Below, piece after piece: positions 47,030 to 56,515 of a stretch of 64,000 nt of DNA; positions within the stretch are counted from its first letter, which is position 1; the number at the start of each line of letters is the position of its first letter. The notes below the pieces were generated by a model. It saw only the letters and a program-made list of their open reading frames with translations, searched no databases and was not told the origin of the DNA. The stretch covers positions 1 to 64,000 of the forward strand of contig JBBRSP010000026.1 in assembly GCA_038245295.1 (NCBI GenBank), in the 5' to 3' direction. This stretch comes from Candidatus Binatia bacterium. Its GTDB lineage: Bacteria; Desulfobacterota; Binatia; HRBIN30. A program made the position numbers and the translations under genes.

Positions 47030-48070
47030 TCAGCCGGCGTCGGCGTCGAGGGATGCCCGCGTCTTGGAGTTGGCGATCAACTCCTCGTAGCGATCGCGGT
47101 GGTGCAAGATCTCGATCAGTCCACGCATGACGCACAGGAGTGGCTCATCGGTGACACGAATCTTTAGCCCCATCGCCTCATGGAGGCGCTGCTCCCAGCC
47201 GCGCAGAAGCGCCCCGCCTCCTACCATGGCCGCCCCGTCGGTAAAGACGTCGGCCGCAAGTTCAGGGGAAAGGCGTTCGACGCAACGGCGGACCGCATCC
47301 GTTATATGGCGAGCTACGGTTTCCAGTGCCTCTTGTACTTCAGCGACGCGCACGGAGATGCGCTCGGGTTTTCCCGTTCGTTGGCTGAGCCCCTTCACCT
47401 CGAACGTCGCATCGCCGATGCCATTGGCGAACACTGCTCCGTAGCGGATCTTGATTTGTTCGGCGGTGTTTTCCCCGATGAAGAAGTTGTAGCGATTGCG
47501 AAAAAACGCCTGTACCGCTTGATCCATGGCGTTGCCGGCCATCCGGAGAGACTCGCAGTGCACGACATCGTTGAGGGCCAGCGAGGTTACCTCGGTCGTA
47601 CCGCCGCCGATATCGATCACTAGGTTGCCGCGTGGTTCCTGGATCGGCAAGCCGGCGCCGAGCGCCGCCACGAAGGGCTCGCGGACCAGATCGACGCGGC
47701 TGCCGCCCGCCGCCTCGGCCTCGCGGATCAACGAATCCATTTCCACCTGGGTTGCGCCGAACGGCACGCAAACGATGATGTGCTTGCGGCTGAACGGGTG
47801 CCCCTTCGACGCTTCGCGAATGAAATGAGCTAGCAGGGCCCGCGCCGCGTCGAAATCGGCGATGACGCCGTCGCTGAGCGGGCGAGCTACTTCGATGAAC
47901 TCGGGGGCACGTCCCAGCATCGTCCGGGCCCGCTCGCCGAACGCAATTGCCTCGCGCGTCTGACGCTGAATCGCCACCGCCGACGGCTCACGCAGGACGA
48001 GCCCTCTCTCCTGCGTGTAAACCAGGGAATACGTGGTTCCTAGATCGATGGCGATACGATGCCAAAACAT
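47030..48070 (-). CDS. MreB/Mbl family actin-like protein (divergent paralog)
   Basis: IDLGT, RPLSDGVIADF, EP..AALGAGLP, DIGGGTTEV and GGGALL motifs. Confidence 0.9.
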   Translation of the reverse strand: MFWHRIAIDLGTTYSLVYTQERGLVLREPSAVAIQRQTREAIAFGERARTMLGRAPEFIEVARPLSDGVIADFDAARALLAHFIREASKGHPFSRKHIIVCVPFGATQVEMDSLIREAEAAGGSRVDLVREPFVAALGAGLPIQEPRGNLVIDIGGGTTEVTSLALNDVVHCESLRMAGNAMDQAVQAFFRNRYNFFIGENTAEQIKIRYGAVFANGIGDATFEVKGLSQRTGKPERISVRVAEVQEALETVARHITDAVRRCVERLSPELAADVFTDGAAMVGGGALLRGWEQRLHEAMGLKIRVTDEPLLCVMRGLIEILHHRDRYEELIANSKTRASLDADAG

Positions 48071-48179
48071 GCGGTCATCTCCTATCGCATCGCACTCTGC
48101 GGGGAGCAACACGCTCATCGCGCCACGTTGGTTTATTTCCAATCTCTTTCGCCGATGATTCGTGGCGTGCCTTCGCCAA

Positions 48180-48209
48180 TTGACAGAATGCTCGTGGCTC
48201 GGTTAGCTG
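48180..48209 (+). promoter_or_regulatory. Putative promoter directly before the FG-GAP gene start
   Basis: TTGACA-N18-TAGCTG-N8-ATG; no SD. Confidence 0.5.
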
Positions 48210-48217
48210 ACCGACTC

Positions 48218-50257
48218 ATGTCTTGGCGATTCTGCATCGGCCTCGCGCTGCTGGTTGGCGCGCACTCTTCGGCTATGGCGGCAGTGGTCCTGCAAACCAG
48301 GAACGATCTCCCGGCCGGCACCGCCCCCACGGCCGCCGTGGGGGCGCGGGTGGATGCCGATTCGTTCCCCGATCTGATTGTCGCCGGCGGCCGCGGCTGT
48401 TCGGTACTTCTCGGGCTTGGCGACGGGCAATATGGCCCACCCTTGGCCGTGCGCCTTCAACCGGTGCCTGATGTTCTCGCCGCCGCGGATTTTACCGGCG
48501 ATGGCATCATCGACATCGCTGTCGCGACTCGCCTGGTCCCCGAGGTGCGTGTGCTCGCCGGCGATGGGCGGGGCGGCTTCGAACTGCGCTGGACCATTCC
48601 CTTGAGTGGTCACCCTTCCCTGCTGCAAGCCCGCGACCTCGATGGCGACCGGGTGCCCGACCTCATCGTCTCCCATAGCCACGGTCTGAGCGTCTTCCTG
48701 AACGAGGCTGGGCACCGTCTAGAACCCACCGTGTCCCTGGCCGGCACCGCGGTGCGTAGTCTGAGTGTAAGCGATGTCGATGGCGACGGCACCTTGGATT
48801 TCGTGTTCCCGGAAACGGAAGGCGATCGCGTACGAGTTGTTCGCAACGCGCTCGCCAGCCCGCCGACCGCCGACGCCCACTTCAAAGCCGGTCTGCATCC
48901 GCGCGCCGTCGCCAACGCCAGCGATCTCAACGGAGACTTCCTGATCGATATCGCCTTCGCCGATGAGTCGGGCGTCTGGGTTCTGGCAGGCGACGGGCGG
49001 GGCCAATACGGCGCGCCGCAACGGGTCCTGGCTGCGGATGATATCGAGCAAATCGTCGCGGTCGACGTCGATCGCGACGGCGATATGGATATCGCGGCGC
49101 TCGACACCCGACTGCAAGCGGTCCGCCTTCTGATCAATGATGGGCACGGGTCGTTTCAGTTGATGCGCACCTACGGTACTGGCAACGCGCCGGTGGCGCT
49201 GCTGGCTACCGAAGCGACAGCCGACAGCCTTCCGGATCTCGTTACCGTCAATCGGCTGGGCGACAGCGTAACCCTGTTCACCGGCGACGGTACTGGGCAT
49301 TTCGATGCGCCGCAGCTCCTCGATGCCGGACGCGACCCTGTTGCCGCGGTGGCCGCCGACTTCGACGGTGACTCGCAGCTCGATCTAGCGGTCGCCAATG
49401 CCGAGACCGACTCCGTCGCCGTGCTCACAAACATGGGGCGTGGTGACTTCCGGCTGCAGGCCTCCGTTCACGTCGGACGTGAGCCGCGGGCAATCGTCGC
49501 CGGGCACTTCGATCCGGGGGTAAATGCCGATCTTGCCGTCGCCGACTTCGGATCCGACGACATCGCCGTCGTGCAAGGTCTTGGTGAGGGCAAATTCGCC
49601 GCACCCGTGTTTATCCAGGTCGGCATCGGCCCCAGCGCCTTGGCGATCGGCGACTTCAACCGCGACCGCATCGCCGATCTCGCCGTCGCCAACACGCTTT
49701 CGAATAGCGCTTCAATTCTCTACGGCGACGGAACCGGACGATTCCCGCTGATCGAGAACTTTCCGGTTGTACCGCGACCGAGCTTCTTGATGCCGGGCGG
49801 ACTCAATGCCGATGGGTACCTCGACCTGGTGGTCGGCAACCCCCAAGGCGACAAGGTTTCGATCCTCAAAGGTGGCCCACGCGGCTTGGGCTCGCCCACC
49901 GCTGGTGACCTCGGTGGGCGGGTACGCCCCTTGGTTTCGGAAGACTTCGACGGCGACGGCCTGAGCGACCTTGCCGTCGCCAACGAATCCGACGACAGTA
50001 TCTCGATCTTGCTCGCGACATCGCCCAATCAATTCGCTGCGCCAGTAAGGTTTCCCGTCGGGCGTCGGCCCGTCGCGCTCGCCGCCGGCGATTTCGATGG
50101 TGACCACCGCGTCGATCTGGCGGTGATTCACCGCGGCTCGCGCAGCGTCATGTTGCTTCTCAATGGCAGCCGGCGTGGGACAAGTGCCGCGCCGCGCCAA
50201 CCCCCGCTACCACAGCAACCGCTCGACCCGTGGAAACATGGGCTCAAGGGCTGGTAG
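48218..50257 (+). CDS. Secreted FG-GAP/VCBS repeat beta-propeller protein
   Basis: Signal peptide and more than 10 repeats of DFDGDGxxDLAVAN...G.G.F. Confidence 0.9.
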   Translation: MSWRFCIGLALLVGAHSSAMAAVVLQTRNDLPAGTAPTAAVGARVDADSFPDLIVAGGRGCSVLLGLGDGQYGPPLAVRLQPVPDVLAAADFTGDGIIDIAVATRLVPEVRVLAGDGRGGFELRWTIPLSGHPSLLQARDLDGDRVPDLIVSHSHGLSVFLNEAGHRLEPTVSLAGTAVRSLSVSDVDGDGTLDFVFPETEGDRVRVVRNALASPPTADAHFKAGLHPRAVANASDLNGDFLIDIAFADESGVWVLAGDGRGQYGAPQRVLAADDIEQIVAVDVDRDGDMDIAALDTRLQAVRLLINDGHGSFQLMRTYGTGNAPVALLATEATADSLPDLVTVNRLGDSVTLFTGDGTGHFDAPQLLDAGRDPVAAVAADFDGDSQLDLAVANAETDSVAVLTNMGRGDFRLQASVHVGREPRAIVAGHFDPGVNADLAVADFGSDDIAVVQGLGEGKFAAPVFIQVGIGPSALAIGDFNRDRIADLAVANTLSNSASILYGDGTGRFPLIENFPVVPRPSFLMPGGLNADGYLDLVVGNPQGDKVSILKGGPRGLGSPTAGDLGGRVRPLVSEDFDGDGLSDLAVANESDDSISILLATSPNQFAAPVRFPVGRRPVALAAGDFDGDHRVDLAVIHRGSRSVMLLLNGSRRGTSAAPRQPPLPQQPLDPWKHGLKGW

Positions 50258-50263
50258 GAATCT

Positions 50264-50292
50264 TTGCCTTCGTCGCCCGGCTTCGACATAAT
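50264..50292 (+). promoter_or_regulatory. Putative leaderless promoter of the SRPBCC gene
   Basis: TTGCCT-N17-CATAAT-N6-ATG; no SD. Confidence 0.6.
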
Positions 50293-50298
50293 CAAAAC

Positions 50299-50781
50299 AT
50301 GTCAATTAGTGGCGAGCAGGAAGTTACGGCCGAGGTCAATGCGTCGGTCGACGCATGTTTTGCAACCATCACGACGTTCGAACGTTACCCGGAGTGGTTT
50401 TCCGGGATCGTCCACTCCAAGGTGATCGACCGTTATCCAGACGGCCTGGGAAAAACAGTCGAGTTCAAAATGAGCATGCCGCTGAAGACACTGCGGTACG
50501 TGCTGGAGTACTCCTACAAGGCGCCGAAACGGCTCGATTGGAAATCCGTCGACGGCGACATCGAGGCCATCGAAGGTAGCTACGACTTGAAGCCCGACGG
50601 GACCAAGAAGACATTGGTGGCCTGTCGGCAGGCGATTTCGATCGGCTTCTGGGTGCCCGGACCGCTGCGGAAGCTCCTCGAGCAGACCGCCTTGCGCACC
50701 TCGGTGGTGGAGTTCAAGGCCGCCGCGGAAGCCGACGCGGTGGCCAACGCCGGGGCACGCCGCAAGAAGAAGACGTCATGA
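50299..50781 (+). CDS. SRPBCC/START-fold (polyketide cyclase-like) protein
   Basis: FERYPEW, YVLEYSY and LDWKSVDGD..IEGSY motifs. Confidence 0.85.
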   Translation: MSISGEQEVTAEVNASVDACFATITTFERYPEWFSGIVHSKVIDRYPDGLGKTVEFKMSMPLKTLRYVLEYSYKAPKRLDWKSVDGDIEAIEGSYDLKPDGTKKTLVACRQAISIGFWVPGPLRKLLEQTALRTSVVEFKAAAEADAVANAGARRKKKTS

Positions 50782-51629
50782 ACTACGAACAGATACTTCT
50801 CGACGTCGAGGCCGGCGTCGCCACTGTCACCCTCAACCGGCCCGAACGCTTGAACGCCTACACTACCGTGATGCGCCAAGAGCTGGCGCGAGCCTTTGCG
50901 GCGCTTGATGCCGATGACGACGTGCGCGTCGTCATTGTCACCGGCGCCGGACGCGGCTTTTGCGCCGGTGCCGATATGGGTCCGTCCGGCACGACATTCG
51001 AACGGCCCGATCCAGAGATGTATCTGGCGCAACTCGCCGCCGAACGCGGCCGCAGTGTCCGACCGTGGGAGATGAGGAAACCCGTCATCGCAGCGATCAA
51101 CGGCGCGGCGGTGGGCGTCGGGATTACCATGACGCTGCAATGGGACATTCGCATCGCCGCCGAGAGTGCCAAGATCGCCTTCGCCTTCGTCCGCCGCGGC
51201 CTGATTCCCGAAGCCAGCAGCACTTGGTTGCTGCCGCGGCTTATTGGCGTCAGCCGCGCCGCCGAGCTGCTCTATTCCGGCCGCACGCTGAGTGCGCGCG
51301 AGGCCCTCGAATTCGGCGTTGTCGGGCGAGTGGTTGCCGATAGCGAGCTGCGGCCGACCGTCCGCGCCCTCGCCGCCGATATTGTTGCCAATGCCGCGCC
51401 CGTCTCAGTCGCACTGACCAAGCGCCTGGTTTGGACCAACCTCATGGAACCTGACCTCTACGCCGCCGAGCCGGTCGAGCAGCGGCTGTTCACCTGGGTC
51501 GGGGCGCAACCGGACGCACGTGAAGGTGTGCAGTCCTTCCTCGAAAAGCGGGCGCCGCAATGGACGATGCGCCCGAGCACCGATCTGCCGCCCTTCACAC
51601 CGCTGCCGCCACGCCGCAAGGACACTTGA
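50778..51629 (+). CDS. Enoyl-CoA hydratase/isomerase family protein
   Basis: LNRPERLNA, FCAGAD and KPVIAAINGAAVGVG motifs. Confidence 0.93.
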   Translation: MNYEQILLDVEAGVATVTLNRPERLNAYTTVMRQELARAFAALDADDDVRVVIVTGAGRGFCAGADMGPSGTTFERPDPEMYLAQLAAERGRSVRPWEMRKPVIAAINGAAVGVGITMTLQWDIRIAAESAKIAFAFVRRGLIPEASSTWLLPRLIGVSRAAELLYSGRTLSAREALEFGVVGRVVADSELRPTVRALAADIVANAAPVSVALTKRLVWTNLMEPDLYAAEPVEQRLFTWVGAQPDAREGVQSFLEKRAPQWTMRPSTDLPPFTPLPPRRKDT

Positions 51630-51675
51630 ACCGATTGGTCTGGCTCGTCCCCGGAGATTGCGTTAGCGTTCTCCA

Positions 51676-52896
51676 ATGGCCTGGTACCAGAGAGTCGCCA
51701 ATGGCATCGTCCATTGGTTCTTTGCTTACTTTTTCCGTTTGCTGATCGGCGCCATCAGCGCCGCTGAATGGTATGTCGGCTGGTGGATTTGCCGGCGACC
51801 GGCGGCGCTGCCCTGGCTCGGGCACGTCGCTGGGATTGCGCTGGTCTACGGAATCAATCGCTGGCTTGTCATGCGCACCCGCACGCCCGGGCTCGCCCAA
51901 GCGGGTATCCAGAGATTGCCACGGCTGTATTACGCCACCGCCTTCACCTGTTTGTTCGCGACACTGTTCCTCCTCCTTGATAATACGGCGTGGGCTTTCG
52001 CACGGGCCCTTTCTGCATCGATTTCGGGTCCCGTGATGGCGGCCCAGGGCAGCTCGGTCGACCGCGCCTTTGTTGGGCTCGGTGACCTCGGCGTTTTCGG
52101 AATCGCTGTCGCGTTTGCCTATGGCTACACCTACGGGCAGCGGCGTCTTGTGGTGCGCGCCATGGACGTCGAGTGTAACGACCCGGCTCTGCGCGGCGTT
52201 CGGATGACGCAGCTGAGCGATATCCATATCGGGCAAAACCTCAACGTTCCGCAGCTCGAAGAGTTCGTCGAACGGGCCAACCAGGTAGGGGCCGAGATCA
52301 TCTGCATTACCGGTGACGTGATCGATTCTCCGGCGGCCGACCTCGAAAAGTATTTGCCGATTCTCGGGCGGCTGCGTGCAAACCACGGCATCTATGTCAT
52401 CCTCGGGAACCACGATCACTATGCCGGCGCCGACCGTGTCGCCGCGGCCCTGGCCGCCCTACCCGGCTTCACCGTGCTGCGCGACGCGCAGACGACCGTA
52501 ACACTACCCACTGGTTCGGTTCATATCATCGGGCTCGACGATCGCGGCCGCGATTGGGCGCGAGGCTTGACCCACGTTCCGGAGCTCGAGCCTCTCCTGG
52601 CACAGGCACCATCGGGGGTGCCGATGGTTCTATTGAGCCATCGCCCCGATGTGTTTCCGCAGGCTGCCGATGCCGGTGTCGTCTTGACGCTCGCCGGCCA
52701 TACGCATGGCGGGCAGCTCGGTATCGGCTGGCCCGGAGGGCGCATCCGTAACCTGGCGGAATTCATCACCGCCTATGACCGCGGCCTGTTCCGCCAGTCC
52801 AACTCGTATCTCTATGTGAACTGCGGGCTTGGCGTAACCGGCCAACGTATCCGCCTTTGCACGCCACGCGAAATCAGCGTGTTCCGCTTTGCATGA
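51676..52896 (+). CDS. Membrane-anchored metallophosphoesterase (YkuE-like)
   Basis: DIH, GDVID, GNHD, SHRPD and GHTHGGQ motifs; N-terminal TMs. Confidence 0.92.
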   Translation: MAWYQRVANGIVHWFFAYFFRLLIGAISAAEWYVGWWICRRPAALPWLGHVAGIALVYGINRWLVMRTRTPGLAQAGIQRLPRLYYATAFTCLFATLFLLLDNTAWAFARALSASISGPVMAAQGSSVDRAFVGLGDLGVFGIAVAFAYGYTYGQRRLVVRAMDVECNDPALRGVRMTQLSDIHIGQNLNVPQLEEFVERANQVGAEIICITGDVIDSPAADLEKYLPILGRLRANHGIYVILGNHDHYAGADRVAAALAALPGFTVLRDAQTTVTLPTGSVHIIGLDDRGRDWARGLTHVPELEPLLAQAPSGVPMVLLSHRPDVFPQAADAGVVLTLAGHTHGGQLGIGWPGGRIRNLAEFITAYDRGLFRQSNSYLYVNCGLGVTGQRIRLCTPREISVFRFA

Positions 52897-53078
52897 GCCC
52901 GGCACTTGATCCGTTTGTCGGGCTGTGTAGCGTTTGCTGCCAGGCGCAGCGCATCGTCAGCGCCCGCGGCTCGAGTTTCTACCTGTGTCGGATGGCCAGT
53001 CGCGATGAGACGTTTCTACGTTATCCCCGACTGCCAGTCATGAGCTGCCGTGGCTTCGAGGATTTAGAGGAGGCGTAG
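52893..53078 (+). CDS. Small Cys-rich hypothetical protein
   Basis: GLCSVC...RGSSFYLC...YPRLPV.SC.GF; ATGA-coupled to the upstream gene. Confidence 0.7.
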   Translation: MSPALDPFVGLCSVCCQAQRIVSARGSSFYLCRMASRDETFLRYPRLPVMSCRGFEDLEEA

Positions 53079-53080
53079 GT

Positions 53081-53761
53081 TCAGACGCTGACCGCGTGAG
53101 CGTGACGTGCTAAGACCGAAGAGGGACAGAAATAGGTAAATGCCCGGCCCACCAACACGGCGATGACGATGTCGTCGATGAACCCCGGCAGGTATGGATC
53201 GTCCAGGATGAGATCCCCCGGTGCCAACCAATAGGCCAAGCCCAACAGAATGATGATCCGCGCGACCCACGGGGTGCGGCGATCCGCGGCCATTCGCAGG
53301 AACAGCCGCATGCCGCGCAGCAAGTCGCCCGGCAGACGCGCGATCCGTCGTATGGCCAGCATGCGCGGGTCGGCCACCGAGGCAGTTGCGGTGACCAGCA
53401 CGAACGTTGCTGCCGACAACAACACCCAAAGCCACAACTCTGCGGCTTGCAGAATGGCCCAGCCGAAGCGCTCGAAAGAGCGGCTGCCGCGTGCTTGTAG
53501 TCGCTGAACGAAGCCGGATACACCGGGGCTGGAAAGCGCAGCCGAAATGACGCCGGCCGACGGTTCGAGGTGCCACGCCGTGGGGGCTCCTGAAATCCAA
53601 GCGTCGGACGCAGCGCCCATGGACGGCAGTGTGACAAGGAATATCGCGCTCAACAGCAGGCCACAGAGCCAATGTCCACGACGATACCTTGTCTCCGTCG
53701 AGTCTTTTTGAGTGTATCGTGCTTTGCGCATGCTTCGCCCAGCGAGAATGTTGTCTACCAC
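53081..53761 (-). CDS. YkvA/DUF1232 domain membrane protein
   Basis: DRRTPWVAR...LAYWLAPGDLI.D...GFIDD; start uncertain. Confidence 0.8.
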   Translation of the reverse strand: MVDNILAGRSMRKARYTQKDSTETRYRRGHWLCGLLLSAIFLVTLPSMGAASDAWISGAPTAWHLEPSAGVISAALSSPGVSGFVQRLQARGSRSFERFGWAILQAAELWLWVLLSAATFVLVTATASVADPRMLAIRRIARLPGDLLRGMRLFLRMAADRRTPWVARIIILLGLAYWLAPGDLILDDPYLPGFIDDIVIAVLVGRAFTYFCPSSVLARHAHAVSV

Positions 53762-53894
53762 TACGCCAACGGTGAATCAAAACAATCACGCGCCACCTCC
53801 TCACCTCTTGCTTTGTTCCGTTGCACCACGAGGCGCTGGGATTGCAGCCGCGCTGGCGCGCACGTAAGGATGATTGCCCGAGAAGGAGTTTTCC

Positions 53895-54632
53895 ATGATC
53901 CGACACTTGAGCTTCGCGGCTGTCCCCATCTTGCTGTCAGCCTGCGTCCTGGCCCGCGCCAACGCCGAGAGCGGAGGCAGCGAGCGTCGCACGATCACGG
54001 TAAACGCCTCGAGTGAAATCCGCGCCACGCCGAACCTGGCCCTCGTCTCCTTTGCCGTCGTCACCGAAGGCAAGAAGGCCGCCGACGCGGCCGCCGAGAA
54101 TGCCAAGCAATCGACCGCCGTGAGCGAAGCCCTCAAGAATGCAGTCGCCGGCAACGGCAAGGTCACGAGCGCCGGCTATTCGGTTCAGCCAAAGTACGCC
54201 TACGACAGTCCCGCCGGCGGGCCACGCAGTGCGCCGCGCATCGAGGGCTATACGGTAAACAACCAGATTACGGTTGAAACCTCGAACATTTCTACGGTCG
54301 GAAGTCTCATCGATCGCGGCTTGGCCGGCGGCGCAAATCAGGTAAACAGCGTGTCGTTCACCCTTTCGGAGCGTAGCGCGCCATTGCGCGAGGCTCTGGC
54401 CAAAGCAGGGGCCGAGGCGAAGGCACAGGCCGAGAGCATCGCTCAAGCGCTCTCCGTGCGTCTCAAGGGTGTCATCGCCGCGTCCACGCAAGGCGGTGTG
54501 CGACCGCAGCCGCGCGTCTACGAAATGAAGATGGTGCGAGCCCAGATGGCCGACGCGGCGGCCAGCACTCCGATCGATGCGGGGGATGTCACCGTCAGTG
54601 CCGAGCTCACGGTAACCTACGAGATTGAATAA
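53895..54632 (+). CDS. SIMPL (DUF541) domain periplasmic protein
   Basis: RTITV, YSVQPKY, GY.V.N, GANQVNSVSF and VTYEIE; AAGGAG RBS. Confidence 0.92.
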   Translation: MIRHLSFAAVPILLSACVLARANAESGGSERRTITVNASSEIRATPNLALVSFAVVTEGKKAADAAAENAKQSTAVSEALKNAVAGNGKVTSAGYSVQPKYAYDSPAGGPRSAPRIEGYTVNNQITVETSNISTVGSLIDRGLAGGANQVNSVSFTLSERSAPLREALAKAGAEAKAQAESIAQALSVRLKGVIAASTQGGVRPQPRVYEMKMVRAQMADAAASTPIDAGDVTVSAELTVTYEIE

Positions 54633-54641
54633 TCCGCACGG

Positions 54642-55187
54642 ATGCCCAGCTACCGTAGTCGACTGTCGCGCCCGCAACAGCGCGTGTACGACCGCAGCGA
54701 CGCCATTACGTCGATCGCCATCAAGCCGTCGCCGAAGTTGATCGCGGCGGTGGCGGCTCTGTCCGAAATCTTACCGGCCGGCCAACCGGCGCGTGTGCAA
54801 TTCGCGGCGCAGGCCATCGTCGACGAAATCTGCGTGTCGTTGCGCGTGCCGCGCCTGCGGGTTCTCGTGCACGAGACGCGTCCCTCCAATGATCGCGGCG
54901 AGCTCCACGGTCTATATACACCGCTGGCGGACGGCACGGCGACCATCAAGGTGTGGATGCTGACGGCCAAACGCGGGCAAGTGGTTGCCTTCCGGACCTT
55001 CCTGCGGACCCTCTTACACGAGGTTTGTCATCACCTGGACTATGCCTTGCTGAGACTCAGCAACTCGCTGCATACGAGCGGGTTCTACAAGCGCGAGTCG
55101 AGTCTTTTCTATCAGGTGGGTGGGGCCCGAGCGACGGTCGAGCCCAAGGGGCGCGCCGTAGCGCGCCCCTTGCCTAGTGCGGATTAG
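54642..55187 (+). CDS. Hypothetical protein with HExxH zincin motif
   Basis: TLLHEVCHHLD...HTSGFYKRE. Confidence 0.75.
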   Translation: MPSYRSRLSRPQQRVYDRSDAITSIAIKPSPKLIAAVAALSEILPAGQPARVQFAAQAIVDEICVSLRVPRLRVLVHETRPSNDRGELHGLYTPLADGTATIKVWMLTAKRGQVVAFRTFLRTLLHEVCHHLDYALLRLSNSLHTSGFYKRESSLFYQVGGARATVEPKGRAVARPLPSAD

Positions 55188-55197
55188 CGAGGCGTGC

Positions 55198-56385
55198 TTA
55201 CAGCGCCGCTTCAAACAGTCCGGCGGCGCCCATGCCGCCACCGATGCACATCGTAACGATGCCCCAGCGCTTCTTGCGACGCTGCAGCTCGAGCATCAGG
55301 CTGCCGACCAGACGGGCGCCGGTCATTCCATACGGGTGGCCGATCGAAATGGCGCCACCGTTCGGATTCAACTTCGCGGGATCGATGCCGAGTTTGTCGC
55401 GGCAGTAAACGGCCTGCGACGCAAACGCCTCGTTCAGCTCGACGATATCGATATCTTCGATCTTGAGACCGTGGCGCTTGAGCAGCTTCGGCACCGCGAA
55501 CACCGGGCCAATGCCCATCTCATCGGGCTCGCAGCCGGCGTAGACACAGCCGCGGAAGTATCCAAGCGGCTTGATGTTCAGCTGCTTTGCCTTTTCCGCC
55601 GACAGCATCAGCACGGCCGCCGCGCCATCGGAGAACTGCGAGGAATTACCGGCCGTCACGCTGCCGCCTTCCTTGAACGCACCCTTCAACTTCGTGAGGC
55701 CTTCGGCCGTGGTATCGGGGCGGTTACACTCGTCTCGATCCGCCGTTACCGTCTTGGTGCTCGTCGTGCCGGTCGCCTTGTCGGTAACTTCCATCTCGAC
55801 CGTCATCGGCGCCAGCTCCTCGGCCATGCGGCCGGACGACTGGAAGTCAGCTGTGCGCTTCTGCGACGCCAGGGCGAACTCGTCCTGCTTCTCGCGGCTC
55901 ACCTTGTAGCGGTCGGCAACAATCTCGGCGGTGACGCCCATCGGCATGTAGATTTCGCGCTTCACGTCCATGAGGCGCGGATTGAACAGGTTCACCTTGT
56001 TGAAGTCGTTCTGCAACATCGTGATCGACTCCAGGCCACCGCCGATGACGGCATCGGCGCCCTCGGCCTGGATCATATGGGCCGCGACCGCAATGGCGTT
56101 GAGGCCAGAGGAGCAAAAACGGCTGACGGTCGAGCCCGGCACCGTGATCGGCAAGCCGGCCAGGACGGCGACGTTGCGGCCGACGTTGAAGCCCTGCGGA
56201 CCTTCCGGGAACCCTGTGCCCATAACGACATCATCGATTTCCGCCGGATCGAAGGCCGGCGTTTTCTTCATCAGGTCCTTGACGACGTGGGCCGCCATGT
56301 CATCAGGCCGAGTCTTGTTGAACGAACCGCGGAACGACTTGGCCAACGCCGTTCGCGAGGTCGCGACGATTACTGCTTCACGCAT
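55198..56385 (-). CDS. Acetyl-CoA C-acyltransferase (thiolase)
   Basis: [20 protein letters not shown] and [10 protein letters not shown] 56385 with GGAGG RBS. Confidence 0.96.
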   Translation of the reverse strand: MREAVIVATSRTALAKSFRGSFNKTRPDDMAAHVVKDLMKKTPAFDPAEIDDVVMGTGFPEGPQGFNVGRNVAVLAGLPITVPGSTVSRFCSSGLNAIAVAAHMIQAEGADAVIGGGLESITMLQNDFNKVNLFNPRLMDVKREIYMPMGVTAEIVADRYKVSREKQDEFALASQKRTADFQSSGRMAEELAPMTVEMEVTDKATGTTSTKTVTADRDECNRPDTTAEGLTKLKGAFKEGGSVTAGNSSQFSDGAAAVLMLSAEKAKQLNIKPLGYFRGCVYAGCEPDEMGIGPVFAVPKLLKRHGLKIEDIDIVELNEAFASQAVYCRDKLGIDPAKLNPNGGAISIGHPYGMTGARLVGSLMLELQRRKKRWGIVTMCIGGGMGAAGLFEAAL

Positions 56386-56515
56386 AGTTCCTCCGTGTGG
56401 ATCGAAAAGATTGGTTCGTCTTCTCTCAGGAGTGCAGGCTAGATTCAAGCTGGGTCGGCGGCCATCTCATTGACCGCTCCGTCGCCCTCAGCCATGAACC
56501 GCTTAGGACCTTCCC

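Noticed and set aside
48218..50257. Nucleotide-level repeats in the FG-GAP gene
   Set aside because: Explained by ordinary protein repeats; no sign of diversification or template/variable repeats.
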